DNA of 64,000 bases, from NCBI GenBank assembly GCA_964291625.2, contig OZ220089.1, positions 4,352,001-4,416,000 of the forward strand, in the 5' to 3' direction. A model generated the notes under the pieces. That model was not told the DNA's origin. It was given only the letters and a program-made list of their open reading frames with translations, and ran no database searches. Source of the DNA: Candidatus Latescibacterota bacterium. GTDB taxonomy: Bacteria; Latescibacterota; UBA2968; UBA8231. Of the stretch, positions 44,614 through 54,681 are shown one piece after another (positions within the stretch are counted from its first letter, which is position 1; the number at the start of each line of letters is the position of its first letter). A program made the translations under genes and the position numbers.

Positions 44614-45420
44614 ATGAAGGTGGGTTTGTACGCATCGATGTTCGGCAAGGACCGCAACAGCTTTCCGGACATCGAGAGCTTCATCAACCTGGCTTACGAG
44701 CTGCGCCTCGACGTGATCGACCTGCGCAGCGACGTCGGCTTCGAGGAGCACGGGTCCGGCTACCTGCTCCGGACCAAGATGAGCTGCCTGCGCAAGGGGC
44801 TGAGCATCGGCTACCTGGCCACGGGGGGGCACTTCGTGGGCTCCGAGGAGGAGCTGGAGGAGAAGGTCCAGCGGGTGCGCACCGACGTGGACGTGGCCGT
44901 CGCCCTCGGAGCGCCCATGGTGCGCGTGTTCTGCGGCTCCACGCCCGACGACGCCGAGACCCGGCGCCGCGAGGTGGAGTGCTTCCAGGCCTGCTGCGAC
45001 TACGCCGCCTCGCACAGCATCGCCGTGGGCCTGCAGAACCACCCGTGCACCGGAGACGGGGTGCTGAGGCTGTTCGACGAGGTGGAGCGCGACAACTTCA
45101 CCTTCATCCTCGACACCGGCCAGTGGGAGGGCTCGCCGGCGCGCACCCAGGGGCGGCCCGACCCCGACCACGACATCTACCGCTACATGGAGCAGACGGC
45201 GCACCACGCCTCCCACGTGCGCGCCAAGTTCTACAAGATGGACTCCGGCCGCGAGGAGTGGCTCGACTACGACCGCATCGTCGACACCCTCGCCGGGGCC
45301 GGGTTCAACGGCACCCTGGGGGTCGTCTTCGAGGGCAAGGACGTCAACACCTGCGACGACCGCGAGGTGCTCACGCTGGCGGCCGCCCAGCTCCGCCGGC
45401 TCGTGGGAGAGCGGTCTTGA
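44614..45420 (+). CDS. sugar phosphate isomerase/epimerase (xylose isomerase-like TIM barrel)
   Basis: LGAP.VRVF.G, QNH, LDTG, LDY. Confidence 0.82.
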   Translation: MKVGLYASMFGKDRNSFPDIESFINLAYELRLDVIDLRSDVGFEEHGSGYLLRTKMSCLRKGLSIGYLATGGHFVGSEEELEEKVQRVRTDVDVAVALGAPMVRVFCGSTPDDAETRRREVECFQACCDYAASHSIAVGLQNHPCTGDGVLRLFDEVERDNFTFILDTGQWEGSPARTQGRPDPDHDIYRYMEQTAHHASHVRAKFYKMDSGREEWLDYDRIVDTLAGAGFNGTLGVVFEGKDVNTCDDREVLTLAAAQLRRLVGERS

Positions 45421-46418
45421 ACCGCCCACCCGGGGAGTACGTCCTGGTCGCCGAGGAGCGCGAGCTGGCCTTCCTCACCGAGTGCCTGGTCAAGTCGGGG
45501 ATGAAGAGCCGGGACCACGCGGCGCAGACGGCGCGGCTCCTGACCAACTCCGAGTTGCGGGGGGTGCGCAGCCACGGCATCAACTTCGTCCCCGGGTACT
45601 GCCGCCACTTCCGGGAGGGCCGCCTCAACCCCGACCCCCGCATCCGCGTCGTCCACGAAACGGCGACGACGGCGATCGTCGACGGCGACGGGGGCCTCGG
45701 GTACGTGCCCTCCCTGCTGGCCGCGGACAAGGCCGTCGAGAAGGCGAAGTCCGCCGGCGTCGGCCTCGGCCTCGTCCGCGGCATCGGCCACTACGGGTCG
45801 GCCGGGCACTACACGCGCCGGTGCATGGAGGCCGGGTGCATCGGCTTCTCGGTGCAGGGGTACCGCGGCGCCGGCGGCCAGCCGGGCCAGGACCCCAAGC
45901 CCTCGGCGGGCTGGACCGGGGCGCCGCCCATGTCCTTCTCCATCCCCGCCGGCGGCGAGCCCGGCATCGTCCTCGACATGGTGGCCCACGCCGTCTCCGG
46001 CGAGAGCCGGGAGAAGGTGGAGGACCTGCTCGAGCGGGTGCCGGCCACCTTCTTCAAGAGCATGGGCCTGGTGGCGGCGTCCACCCTCATGGGCGGCGCC
46101 CTGGCGGGGGTCACCCTTCCCGAGGCGGACGAGATCGTCGAGCGCTGGCCGGGGGCCAATCTCGGCGGCATGGTCCTGGCCATCGACGTGGCCGGCCACC
46201 TCCCCGAGGAGGCCTTCCACGCCGAGGTCGACCGCTACGTGAGCGCCATCCGCGACAACTACGCGCCCCTGCCCGGGTACGACGAGGTCCTCCTTCCCGG
46301 GCACGTGGAGGCGCGGACCATGGAGCTTCACCGCCGCGAGGGGACCCGCTTCGGAGAGCACGAGCAGCGGGCGGCGAGGGATCTGAGCGAATACCTGGAC
46401 GTTCCTCTGCCGTGGTGA
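45417..46418 (+). CDS. Ldh_2 (malate/L-lactate/ureidoglycolate dehydrogenase family) oxidoreductase
   Basis: RGV.SHG, VDGDGGLG, HYG.AG.Y, LDM, LLPG..E; TTG start overlapping the previous stop. Confidence 0.88.
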   Translation: MNRPPGEYVLVAEERELAFLTECLVKSGMKSRDHAAQTARLLTNSELRGVRSHGINFVPGYCRHFREGRLNPDPRIRVVHETATTAIVDGDGGLGYVPSLLAADKAVEKAKSAGVGLGLVRGIGHYGSAGHYTRRCMEAGCIGFSVQGYRGAGGQPGQDPKPSAGWTGAPPMSFSIPAGGEPGIVLDMVAHAVSGESREKVEDLLERVPATFFKSMGLVAASTLMGGALAGVTLPEADEIVERWPGANLGGMVLAIDVAGHLPEEAFHAEVDRYVSAIRDNYAPLPGYDEVLLPGHVEARTMELHRREGTRFGEHEQRAARDLSEYLDVPLPW

Positions 46419-46527
46419 CGCCCGGGGGGCGCCGCCTTGCCCTCACCGTCGTCTCTGCGGAGTTTCGCATGAGGACGGCGGGGGCCGTGAGGGCCCCCCT
46501 CTGCCACTGGAGAACGACGACGGCCCC

Positions 46528-47460
46528 ATGAGACGATTCACCCGCACGCCCTGTTACACCGGGCCCGACGATCCCGAGCGCGGCCAGGTACGCGGCCGGC
46601 TGCAGCTCGGAGAGACGGTGGTCATCGAGACGGTGGGCGGCCACGACCAGGACTACGCCAACCAGGACAGCCTCCTCCCGGGGGCGGTCTTCGAGGTCCG
46701 CGAGAAACGCGACTCCCGCCAGGGCGGCCCCTTCTACGTGGAGGGGATCGAGGCCGGCGACTGGCTCTCCCTGGAGATCATCGACATCGAGGTCGGGCCC
46801 TACGGGTTCTACCGCAACGGCGGGCCCCTGTGGGGCAGCATGCGCTGCGTGGCACCGGTGCGCGACGGGCTGGTGCACTTCCCGCCCGACTTCGTCGTGC
46901 CCGTCCGTCCCATGATCGGCTACGTGCGCCTGGAGTCGGTGGCCCCCTACGAGATCGACACGGGCGGCAACCTCGACTACAACTCCGTCCAGCCCGGCAG
47001 CACCGTCCACGTCCGCGCCCAGAAGAAAGGCGGCCTCTTCCTGCTCACCGACGTGCACGCCCGCATGGGCGACGGCGAGCTCACCGCCACGGGCGTGGAG
47101 ATCGACTCGGCGGTGACACTCAGGGTCGACCGGTCCCCGGGATTCCCCTGCCACGCCCCGGTGGTGGAGAAGAGCCGCCATGTCGAGGACGGAGAGGAGT
47201 GGCTCACCAGCGGCCAGGGGGGCAACTGGCAGGAGGCGGTGAAGGCGGCCTGGATCGACATGGTGGCCCTCATCGCCGACCGCTGCGACTGCACGGTGGA
47301 GCAGGCCAACCTGATCGTCGGCACCATCGCCGACGCCCGGCCCGGGTACTCGGCGGGGGATCTGAACGTCCGCGGCCGTCCCCATCCGGGCGGTTACATC
47401 ACCGTGCAGCTGGCGGTGACCAAGTCCCTGCGGCGCACGGGCACGCCGTACGTTCCCTGA
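46528..47460 (+). CDS. acetamidase/formamidase family protein
   Basis: GPFYVEG...GD.L, PMIG, GGNLD, D.HA.MGDGE...TGVE. Confidence 0.88.
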   Translation: MRRFTRTPCYTGPDDPERGQVRGRLQLGETVVIETVGGHDQDYANQDSLLPGAVFEVREKRDSRQGGPFYVEGIEAGDWLSLEIIDIEVGPYGFYRNGGPLWGSMRCVAPVRDGLVHFPPDFVVPVRPMIGYVRLESVAPYEIDTGGNLDYNSVQPGSTVHVRAQKKGGLFLLTDVHARMGDGELTATGVEIDSAVTLRVDRSPGFPCHAPVVEKSRHVEDGEEWLTSGQGGNWQEAVKAAWIDMVALIADRCDCTVEQANLIVGTIADARPGYSAGDLNVRGRPHPGGYITVQLAVTKSLRRTGTPYVP

Positions 47461-47516
47461 GCCCGACTCGTCCCGGCCCGCGAATGCCAATACGCCAATC
47501 GGCGACAGGAGGAATC

Positions 47517-49283
47517 ATGCTGACATGGTTACTCGGCCTCGCACTCGCCCTGACCGTGCACGGCATGGCAGGTCCTGCCCATTCCCAGGACGAGGAAGAG
47601 CTGCAGAGGATGGTCGAGGAGCGCGAACAGGAGGAAGCGGAGCTGCAGAGGATCCCCGGGGCCGACCTGCCGGGGCGCGCCCAGGACCTGGTCTCCGGCA
47701 AGCTCCGCCTGCCCACCGGCGAGGAGGCGGAGAAGCTTCGCATCAGCCAGGACCGCGAAGTCGACCCGGAGACCTATATCGCCGGCCCCGGCGACGTTCT
47801 CCAGCTCTATATCTGGGGAGAGTTCGACCTCTCCTACATGGCGCAGGTCGATCCCGAGGGCACCGCCCTCATTCCCACGGTGGGCGCCTTCCACGTCTCG
47901 GGGATGTCCCTGGCCGACGGGAAGAAGCTGATCCTCGCCGCCGCGGAGGAGAAGTACCCCGGGGTGGAAATCACCCTCACCTTGGCGAGCATGCGCTTCT
48001 TCACCGCCTATGTCACGGGGGCCGTGCTGACCGAGGGCAGCTACACCGTGCATCCCACCACCCGGGTCTCGGATCTGATCGAGCGGGCCGGAGGGTTTGC
48101 CGACGAGCTGCGCGGGACCACGATCGAGGAGGAGGTGGGAGGAAAGCAGATCACCCGCGTGCGCCAGATCATCGACCAGCCCACCGCCCGCCGTTCGATC
48201 CGGGTGATCCACCGGGACGGCACGGCCAGCCTCGTCGATCTCGACATGTTCCTCTCCACGGGAGACGTGGCCCACAACCCCTACGTGCGGATGGGGGACG
48301 TGGTCCATGTGGCGTACCGAGACGAGACCGTATCCATCTTCGGGGCGGTGAACCAGGAGGGCTGGCAGGAGTACCGGCCGGGGGACACCATGGAGGACCT
48401 TGTCAACCTGGCAAAGGGGCTGCGCCAGGACGCCCCCCTCGTCAAGGTCGAGCTGTGGCGCTTCGAGGAGGGGACCGAAGAGGCCCATCTGGTCGAGTTG
48501 GGCAACGAGGCGGGAGAGGGCTTCGTGTTCGAGGACATCCGCCACTTCCCGCTGCGAGCGTACGACATGGTTTTTGTCCGGTCGCGCACACAGTGGCGGC
48601 ACACCCCCACCGTGATCGTCTATGGTGAAGTCCGCTACCGGGGGCGCTACCGCATCGACCCGGGAGTCACCCGGGTCAGAGACGCGGTCGCCCTGGCCGG
48701 TGGCCTGACCCGCCAGGCCTCCCTGATCGGAGCCAAGGTGATCCGAACCCGGCTGAGGGCCCAGGTCGACCCGGAGCTTGAGCGGCTGCGGAGCCTGAGG
48801 CGGGTGACGGGACTGGCGGACATGAGCGACGAAGACCGGGCCTATCTCAAGACGAAGGGCCGCGAGGAGCGCGGGAGGGCCGCTGTAGACTTCGAGCAGC
48901 TGTTCCTCGAAGATGACCAGGAGCAGAACATCCTACTCGAGAGCGGCGACGTCATCTACGTCCCCGCGCAGCGGCGCACGGTCACCGTCAGTGGCCAGGT
49001 GAGGAAGCCCGGGCTGATCGACTACGAGGAGGGCCGAGAGGTCGGCTTCTACCTGGAGAAGGCGGCCGGGTTCTCATACGACGCCGACCGGGGAGCCGCC
49101 CGACTCATCCGCGGGCGTTCCGGGCTCCGTGAGGAGTTGGAAGACGACCTGGTCCTCGAGCCCGGCGACGAGATCTGGGTGCCGCAAAGGGATCCGTTCG
49201 ATTACTGGGAGTTCACCCAGTCGACCATGCGTACCATCGCCGAAACGCTGACCTTGGTGGTACTGGTGCGGTCTCTTCAGTAA
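47517..49283 (+). CDS. polysaccharide export protein with multiple SLBB domains (Wza/KpsD-like)
   Basis: AGGAGG RBS, signal peptide, Y..GPGD.L....WG, IPTVG and repeated V.G.V..PG/L..GD.I.VP. Confidence 0.88.
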   Translation: MLTWLLGLALALTVHGMAGPAHSQDEEELQRMVEEREQEEAELQRIPGADLPGRAQDLVSGKLRLPTGEEAEKLRISQDREVDPETYIAGPGDVLQLYIWGEFDLSYMAQVDPEGTALIPTVGAFHVSGMSLADGKKLILAAAEEKYPGVEITLTLASMRFFTAYVTGAVLTEGSYTVHPTTRVSDLIERAGGFADELRGTTIEEEVGGKQITRVRQIIDQPTARRSIRVIHRDGTASLVDLDMFLSTGDVAHNPYVRMGDVVHVAYRDETVSIFGAVNQEGWQEYRPGDTMEDLVNLAKGLRQDAPLVKVELWRFEEGTEEAHLVELGNEAGEGFVFEDIRHFPLRAYDMVFVRSRTQWRHTPTVIVYGEVRYRGRYRIDPGVTRVRDAVALAGGLTRQASLIGAKVIRTRLRAQVDPELERLRSLRRVTGLADMSDEDRAYLKTKGREERGRAAVDFEQLFLEDDQEQNILLESGDVIYVPAQRRTVTVSGQVRKPGLIDYEEGREVGFYLEKAAGFSYDADRGAARLIRGRSGLREELEDDLVLEPGDEIWVPQRDPFDYWEFTQSTMRTIAETLTLVVLVRSLQ

Positions 49284-49327
49284 CCCTTCTCCTTCTCGCC
49301 TGAGACGATTCCAAGGGAGCACTCCCA

Positions 49328-50521
49328 ATGAGGACAGAAAGGGACATCCTCGAACACCTGGCCGTTCTGTACGCCGGCCGGCGAGTGATCATCGGCGGTA
49401 CCCTGGGCCTGTGCGCCTTGGCGGGGGCTCTGAGCTTCCTGGTGCCCGAAGAGTTCGAGGCCACCGCCCAGATCCTGCCGCCCAAGGAGCAGAAGCAGGG
49501 GTTCGGGTTCTCCGACCTGCTCTCGGCGTTGCCGATCCCGACCCTGCGCCTCGGCGAGAAGGGCACGCCGGCGGACATCTTCATCGCCACCCTCAAGAGC
49601 CGGAGGACTCGCCTGCAGATGGTAGAGGAGTTCGATCTGCTGCAGCGCTACGAAGTGGAGACCATGACCGATGCCTTGGAGATCCTGAGGACCCGGACGA
49701 CGGTCGACAAGACCGAGGAGGGCACGATCCAGATATCCGTCCTCGATCAGGACCCGCAGAGGGCCGCGGCGATGGCCAACCGGTACATCGAGCTCCTCGA
49801 CCTCACGAACAAGCAGATCTCGCGCAAGACCGCCTCCGAGCGCCTCGGCTTCGTCCGCAAGCTCCTGGAGGAGGAGAACGTCAAGCTGGAAGGAAAGATG
49901 GAGGCGCTGCAGCAGTTCCAGTCCGAGTACAACGCCATCTCGATCGCGGACCAGGCCCGGGCGGTGATCCGTGAGGCCGCCAGGATGCAGTCGGAAGCCA
50001 CGGAGCTGGAGATCGCCCGCAAAGGGTGGATCCTGTCGGGCCTGGACGCCAGCCACGACAAGGTGAAGAAGCTCCAGCAGGAGATCGCGCTGCGGGAGCG
50101 GATGCTGGTCATACTGCGGGACGGGCTCGGCGCGGGAGGCGTCGACCAGCGCCAGGAAGAGGAGCTGGACCTGGAGCTGGAGTTGGACGAGAACCTCTTC
50201 CTGCCCTTGAAACAGATCCCCGCGGTAGCCCAGGATTTCGCCGCCCTGGAGAAGGACGTCCTGGTCCAGACAGCCCTGCTGCAGCTTCTTCTGCAGCAGG
50301 AGGCCGAGGCGCTCATCGAGGCCAAGAACACGACCTCGACGGTTCAGGTCCTCGATCCGGCGATGCCCCCGGAGGTGAAGGCCAAGCCCCAGCGGCTGTT
50401 GATCGTCTTCGTCACGGGCGTCATCAGCCTCTTCGCCTCCATCTTCTACACTCTGGGGGCGGGATACGTCCGGGATGTCCGGCACCGGTGGCGCCAGGAG
50501 TGGATGGAGGAGGAGAAGTGA
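49328..50521 (+). CDS. polysaccharide co-polymerase (Wzz/GumC-like)
   Basis: Two TMs flanking a coiled coil; VQVLDPA.PPE.K.KP.R. Confidence 0.87.
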   Translation: MRTERDILEHLAVLYAGRRVIIGGTLGLCALAGALSFLVPEEFEATAQILPPKEQKQGFGFSDLLSALPIPTLRLGEKGTPADIFIATLKSRRTRLQMVEEFDLLQRYEVETMTDALEILRTRTTVDKTEEGTIQISVLDQDPQRAAAMANRYIELLDLTNKQISRKTASERLGFVRKLLEEENVKLEGKMEALQQFQSEYNAISIADQARAVIREAARMQSEATELEIARKGWILSGLDASHDKVKKLQQEIALRERMLVILRDGLGAGGVDQRQEEELDLELELDENLFLPLKQIPAVAQDFAALEKDVLVQTALLQLLLQQEAEALIEAKNTTSTVQVLDPAMPPEVKAKPQRLLIVFVTGVISLFASIFYTLGAGYVRDVRHRWRQEWMEEEK

Positions 50522-50634
50522 AGGTGGAGAGGTCCGCGTCCTCCACAGGAGGCGCCTGAGCCGGCGAAGGGTCCCGTCCCCGTAGACGCTGCCCGGCTCA
50601 GGCCTCTAACAGCCTTCCAGCGGGAGGGACAGCG

Positions 50635-51771
50635 TTGCCCAGAGCCGTCCACCTCACCACCGTCCACGAACCGTTCGACAACAGGGTCTTTCACCGCGAG
50701 TGCAGGAGCCTGGCGGCAGCCGGCTACGAAGTGGTGCTCCTGTCCCCGGGGCAGGCCGCGGTGGTCGAGGGGATCCGGGTCGGGGGTCTGCAGCGCTTCT
50801 CCAACCGGTTCGCGCGCATGAGCCTGGGGGTCTTCCGGGCCCTCCTCAAGGCCCTGGCAACGCCCGCCGACCTCTATCACTTCCACGACCCGGAGCTCAT
50901 CCCCGCGGGTCTGCTTCTGCGGCTGCTGGGGAAGCGCGTGGTCTACGACATCCACGAGGACAACCGCACGGCCCTCGAGGAACGGGAGTACCTGCCGCTC
51001 CGACTGCGCGCCCCGATCGCCGGAACCCTCGCCCGCCTCGAGGAAGGGGCCAGCCGACACTTCCACCTGGCTCTGGCCGAGCGATACTATGCCGAACGGT
51101 TCCCCCGCGGTGAGCCGATCCTGAACTATCCTCGGCTCCCCGCCCTGGACGAGGGCGAGCTCTCCGCCCGTGCCCGTGCTGCCGGACACCCGCGGCTGAT
51201 CTACACCGGCAACGTAAAGAGCTACCGGGGGGCCCACTGCCACACCCGGCTCCTGCATGACCTGCCCGAGGCGGAGCTCTTCCTGGTGGGCCGCTGCGAC
51301 CCGGACCTGGCAGCCGACTTGCAGGCTGGCGCCGACCCGGCGCGCCTCCACCTCGAAGGCGTGGGCGTCCACGTTCCCCACGAACGCATCGTCTCGTACT
51401 ACTTGCGGGAGAGCTGGACGGCCGGCCTTGCCCTCTTTCCCCCCAGCCGGCATACCCGGAGAAAAGAGCTGACCAAGGTCTTCGAGTACATGGCCTTCGG
51501 GATTCCCGTGCTCTGCGCCGACGTCCCCAACCTGCGCCGGATCGTCGAAGGGGCCGGATGCGGAATCTGTGTCGACCCGCGGAGAGACGGGGTGGCGGCG
51601 GAAGCCGTGCGCTACCTGTGGGAGAATCCCGAGGATGCACGGCAGATGGGAGAGAGGGGGCGGCAGGCGGTGCGCGCAGAGTACAACTGGGAGAGCCAGG
51701 CGAGGAAGTTGCTGCGGCTCTACGAAGCCGTCCTCGACCGGGGGCAGACCGACCGATCGTGCCGGCCCTAG
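50635..51771 (+). CDS. glycosyltransferase family 4
   Basis: TVH...D.R.F..E, HFHDPEL, YDIHE, K.FEYMA.G.PV. Confidence 0.9.
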   Translation: MPRAVHLTTVHEPFDNRVFHRECRSLAAAGYEVVLLSPGQAAVVEGIRVGGLQRFSNRFARMSLGVFRALLKALATPADLYHFHDPELIPAGLLLRLLGKRVVYDIHEDNRTALEEREYLPLRLRAPIAGTLARLEEGASRHFHLALAERYYAERFPRGEPILNYPRLPALDEGELSARARAAGHPRLIYTGNVKSYRGAHCHTRLLHDLPEAELFLVGRCDPDLAADLQAGADPARLHLEGVGVHVPHERIVSYYLRESWTAGLALFPPSRHTRRKELTKVFEYMAFGIPVLCADVPNLRRIVEGAGCGICVDPRRDGVAAEAVRYLWENPEDARQMGERGRQAVRAEYNWESQARKLLRLYEAVLDRGQTDRSCRP

Positions 51772-53645
51772 CCCCCAGGCTCCTTGGATCCCTGCTCACG
51801 GCCGGCTTCGTGCTCGGGGTTGCCGCCTGGACGGCTGGGGGGGCGTTGCTGGAGGACGTGGTGGAGGCTGCCTATGGCGGAACCTCCCTGGAGTACCTGG
51901 ACAGACTGGTCGCCAAGGATCGGCTCAAGGACCCCCAGAGCCGGACCCTGGCGTACTACCAGGAACGGGGGAGCCGTACCCTCCACCGGCTCATGATGCT
52001 CTACTTCGCCGGCCTGGGGCTGGCGGCCCTGGCCCTCTTCCATGGCCGTCAACGGCTGGCCTCCGTCTTTCTCGCCAGGACGTCTCCCCTCAACCTGGCT
52101 CTCTTCCGCATCGCCCTCTTCAGCCAGGTTCTCGTCTTCGGTCCAAGGCTGGCCATCGAGGTGAGCCACTTGCCCGAGACCGCCCTGGTTCCCCCTCCGG
52201 GATGGGGCTGGTTCCTGGCCATCCTGCCACCTACCCCCATCCTGGTGGAAGGCGCTTTCCGATTGTTCCAGTTGTTCTGCGTCGCCAGCCTGCTGGGTCT
52301 CTTCACCCGCACCGCGACCGTAGGCGCAACAGTGCTGGGTCTGTACGTGATGGGCGTTCCCCAGTTCTACGGCAAGATCGACCACTACCACGCCTTGTGG
52401 TGGTTCATGTTGCTGCTGGCCTCCAGCCCCTCGGGGCATGCCCTGTCCCTGGATGCGATCCTCAGGGCCAAGTCGCCCGATGGGGGCGCCGCGGCCCCCG
52501 GGCGGGAGTACGCCCTCCCATTGCGCTTCGTGTGGTTGTTGATCGGCGTGATCTACTTCTTCCCGGGGTTCTGGAAATTCGTCATCTCTGGCCCAGAGTG
52601 GGCCCTGAGCGACAATCTGAAATACAAGATGTACGCCAAGTGGTTTGAACTTGGCGGATGGGAACCACTCCTTCGTCTCGATCGATACCCCCTGCTGTAC
52701 AAGGCCGGCGGCGTCCTCACCATGGTATTCGAAATGGGGTTCGTCTTCGCCCTCTTCAGTCGGCCACTCCGGATCCTCTTCATTCTCGGGGGGGTGATGT
52801 TCTACCTCAACAACGTGGTCTTCCTCAACATTCACTTCACTCACTTGATCTTCACCTATGTGGCTTTCTTCGACTGGCGACTCCTCCTTTCTCGACTTGG
52901 AGCCGGGCTCTTCAGGAACGAGGCGGTCCTCCTCTACACGCCCGAGTCCGCCGCGCAAAGGCGGGCAGCGGTCATCCGTTGCCTGGATGTTCTCGGGGCC
53001 GTTCGCTACGAGGCCGACACCAGGGCTCTGCCCGGGTCCCGCATCAGCCTGTACCTGAAGGGGTCCGAGGTGCAGGGGGGCCGGCTCTGGACGATACTGG
53101 CCAGCCGTGTGCCGTTGATCATCCCGGCCCTTCCCTTCCTCGTGACGGCCCGACGACCCGCACCCCATCCCGTGAAGGGCCACCCTGGGCCCCCTTCCCT
53201 CCGGCCCACGGCCTTGACCGGCGGGATCCTGCTGTCCGCCAACATCCTGTGTGGCCTCGCTCTCGTCGATTCCTGGCCTTTCGCCGTGTATCCTACTTTC
53301 GCTTCCATCGATCGACCTGAGGCACCCTCGGTGTTGTTGGTCGCCATGGATTCGGACGGCCGGCCCCTGGCCCGGGCCGCCCCCCTGCAGGACGATCGGT
53401 TCATTTCCGCTTTCGGCAGTCCGACCCGGCTGCGCGCCTACCTGAACCTTCTCCTGGCCGGGGACCCGTATGGGAATGACGACCCCCTTCAGGCCCTCTG
53501 GCTCGTGTGGAAAGAGATGGACGGGAGCCTGGAGGGAACCAGGAGAGTCCACTTCTACCGCACCAGGCTCTCCACCATTCCGGAGGAACGATACCGCGTG
53601 TTGAACCGTGAGTTGTACTACAGGCTGGTGGTGGAGCAGGACTGA
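51759..53645 (+). CDS. HTTM-like polytopic membrane protein with degenerate DCC/thioredoxin-like insert
   Basis: LA.FRI, GLFTR, GKI.H, LSLD, YFF.G..K, FE.GF and a C-terminal WPF..YP.F. Start uncertain. Confidence 0.7.
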   Translation: MPALAPRLLGSLLTAGFVLGVAAWTAGGALLEDVVEAAYGGTSLEYLDRLVAKDRLKDPQSRTLAYYQERGSRTLHRLMMLYFAGLGLAALALFHGRQRLASVFLARTSPLNLALFRIALFSQVLVFGPRLAIEVSHLPETALVPPPGWGWFLAILPPTPILVEGAFRLFQLFCVASLLGLFTRTATVGATVLGLYVMGVPQFYGKIDHYHALWWFMLLLASSPSGHALSLDAILRAKSPDGGAAAPGREYALPLRFVWLLIGVIYFFPGFWKFVISGPEWALSDNLKYKMYAKWFELGGWEPLLRLDRYPLLYKAGGVLTMVFEMGFVFALFSRPLRILFILGGVMFYLNNVVFLNIHFTHLIFTYVAFFDWRLLLSRLGAGLFRNEAVLLYTPESAAQRRAAVIRCLDVLGAVRYEADTRALPGSRISLYLKGSEVQGGRLWTILASRVPLIIPALPFLVTARRPAPHPVKGHPGPPSLRPTALTGGILLSANILCGLALVDSWPFAVYPTFASIDRPEAPSVLLVAMDSDGRPLARAAPLQDDRFISAFGSPTRLRAYLNLLLAGDPYGNDDPLQALWLVWKEMDGSLEGTRRVHFYRTRLSTIPEERYRVLNRELYYRLVVEQD

Positions 53646-53670
53646 CGACGCCACCTGGTCCGGCGGGCCG

Positions 53671-54528
53671 TCAGATCAGTGGAATCCGAAAGACCGCTCC
53701 CGGGGAGCTCCCTCCTTTTCCCACCACACAAACGCCCACCTTCCGGAAGTCGACTGCCTGGAGGACCCTGGGGTCCATCTTGAGGCGGCTCCAGGCATCA
53801 CGCATGCCAACGGACCAGGAGATGTCATCGAAGATCACGAGGGACCTCTCGGACAGGTGGGGACGGAGCAGGTCGAAGTACTCGAGCGTCGCAGGGCCGT
53901 CGTGATGGCCGTCCACGAATACGTAGTCCACGGGGCGGGGGTCTTCGAGAATCGCGGGCAGTGTATTCTCGAAGAGCCCGGCAACTACGGTGGCATTCCC
54001 AAGGCCCAGGCCCGAGAGGTTGCGCGACGCCCATTGGGCAGTCTGCGGACACCCTTCTATGGTCGTCAGCGTTCCGCCGTCGGCGTTGATGGCAAGGGCC
54101 GCGCCCTGGTAGGCGGCGCTGATCCCCAGGCACGTGCCGAGTTCCACGCACCGCAGGGGCCGGAACTTGCGGACCAGCTTCATCAGGAGGAGTGACCAGA
54201 AGTAGGGCTTGCTCGCCCGGCGGCACCGTTCCCCGACGGTCACGTCCAGGGTCCCGCCGGGGCCTGCCCCATAGTCGTACGCGGCCATCGTGTCGGTGCA
54301 GCGATGCAATTTCCGCCGCAAGGTTTCGACGCGCCGCACCCAGTCCTCCTCCGCAGGGTCAAGCCTGTTTGCGAGGGCCTCACTCAGAGCCTCTTCGAGA
54401 GTGGGCGACCTCTCTTTCAGGCTGGCCACTTCCCTACGCGCAGAGGCAGCTTGCACCTTGTGGACAGCCGCACGCAGGGTTTCGTCAACGCCGAGTCCGG
54501 ATGCGATCCTCGAGAGCCAATAGGGCAT
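53671..54528 (-). CDS. class I SAM-dependent methyltransferase (Methyltransf_24-like)
   Basis: VELGTCLGIS, FVDGHH, FDDI.WS..M..AW. Confidence 0.87.
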   Translation of the reverse strand: MPYWLSRIASGLGVDETLRAAVHKVQAASARREVASLKERSPTLEEALSEALANRLDPAEEDWVRRVETLRRKLHRCTDTMAAYDYGAGPGGTLDVTVGERCRRASKPYFWSLLLMKLVRKFRPLRCVELGTCLGISAAYQGAALAINADGGTLTTIEGCPQTAQWASRNLSGLGLGNATVVAGLFENTLPAILEDPRPVDYVFVDGHHDGPATLEYFDLLRPHLSERSLVIFDDISWSVGMRDAWSRLKMDPRVLQAVDFRKVGVCVVGKGGSSPGAVFRIPLI

Positions 54529-54681
54529 CTCAGCCTCTTCCTCTGAACCGGGGAACGCCGATGGTGTCTACGGAAGAGCCCCCTTCGCCCGGTCTATCGA
54601 TGAAGACCATACCTGCCCAGGCCCGGCCCGTCTCCATGGGGAGACCGTTCCTGCATCCGCCTGGGGAGGCTGCGGCGGTCG

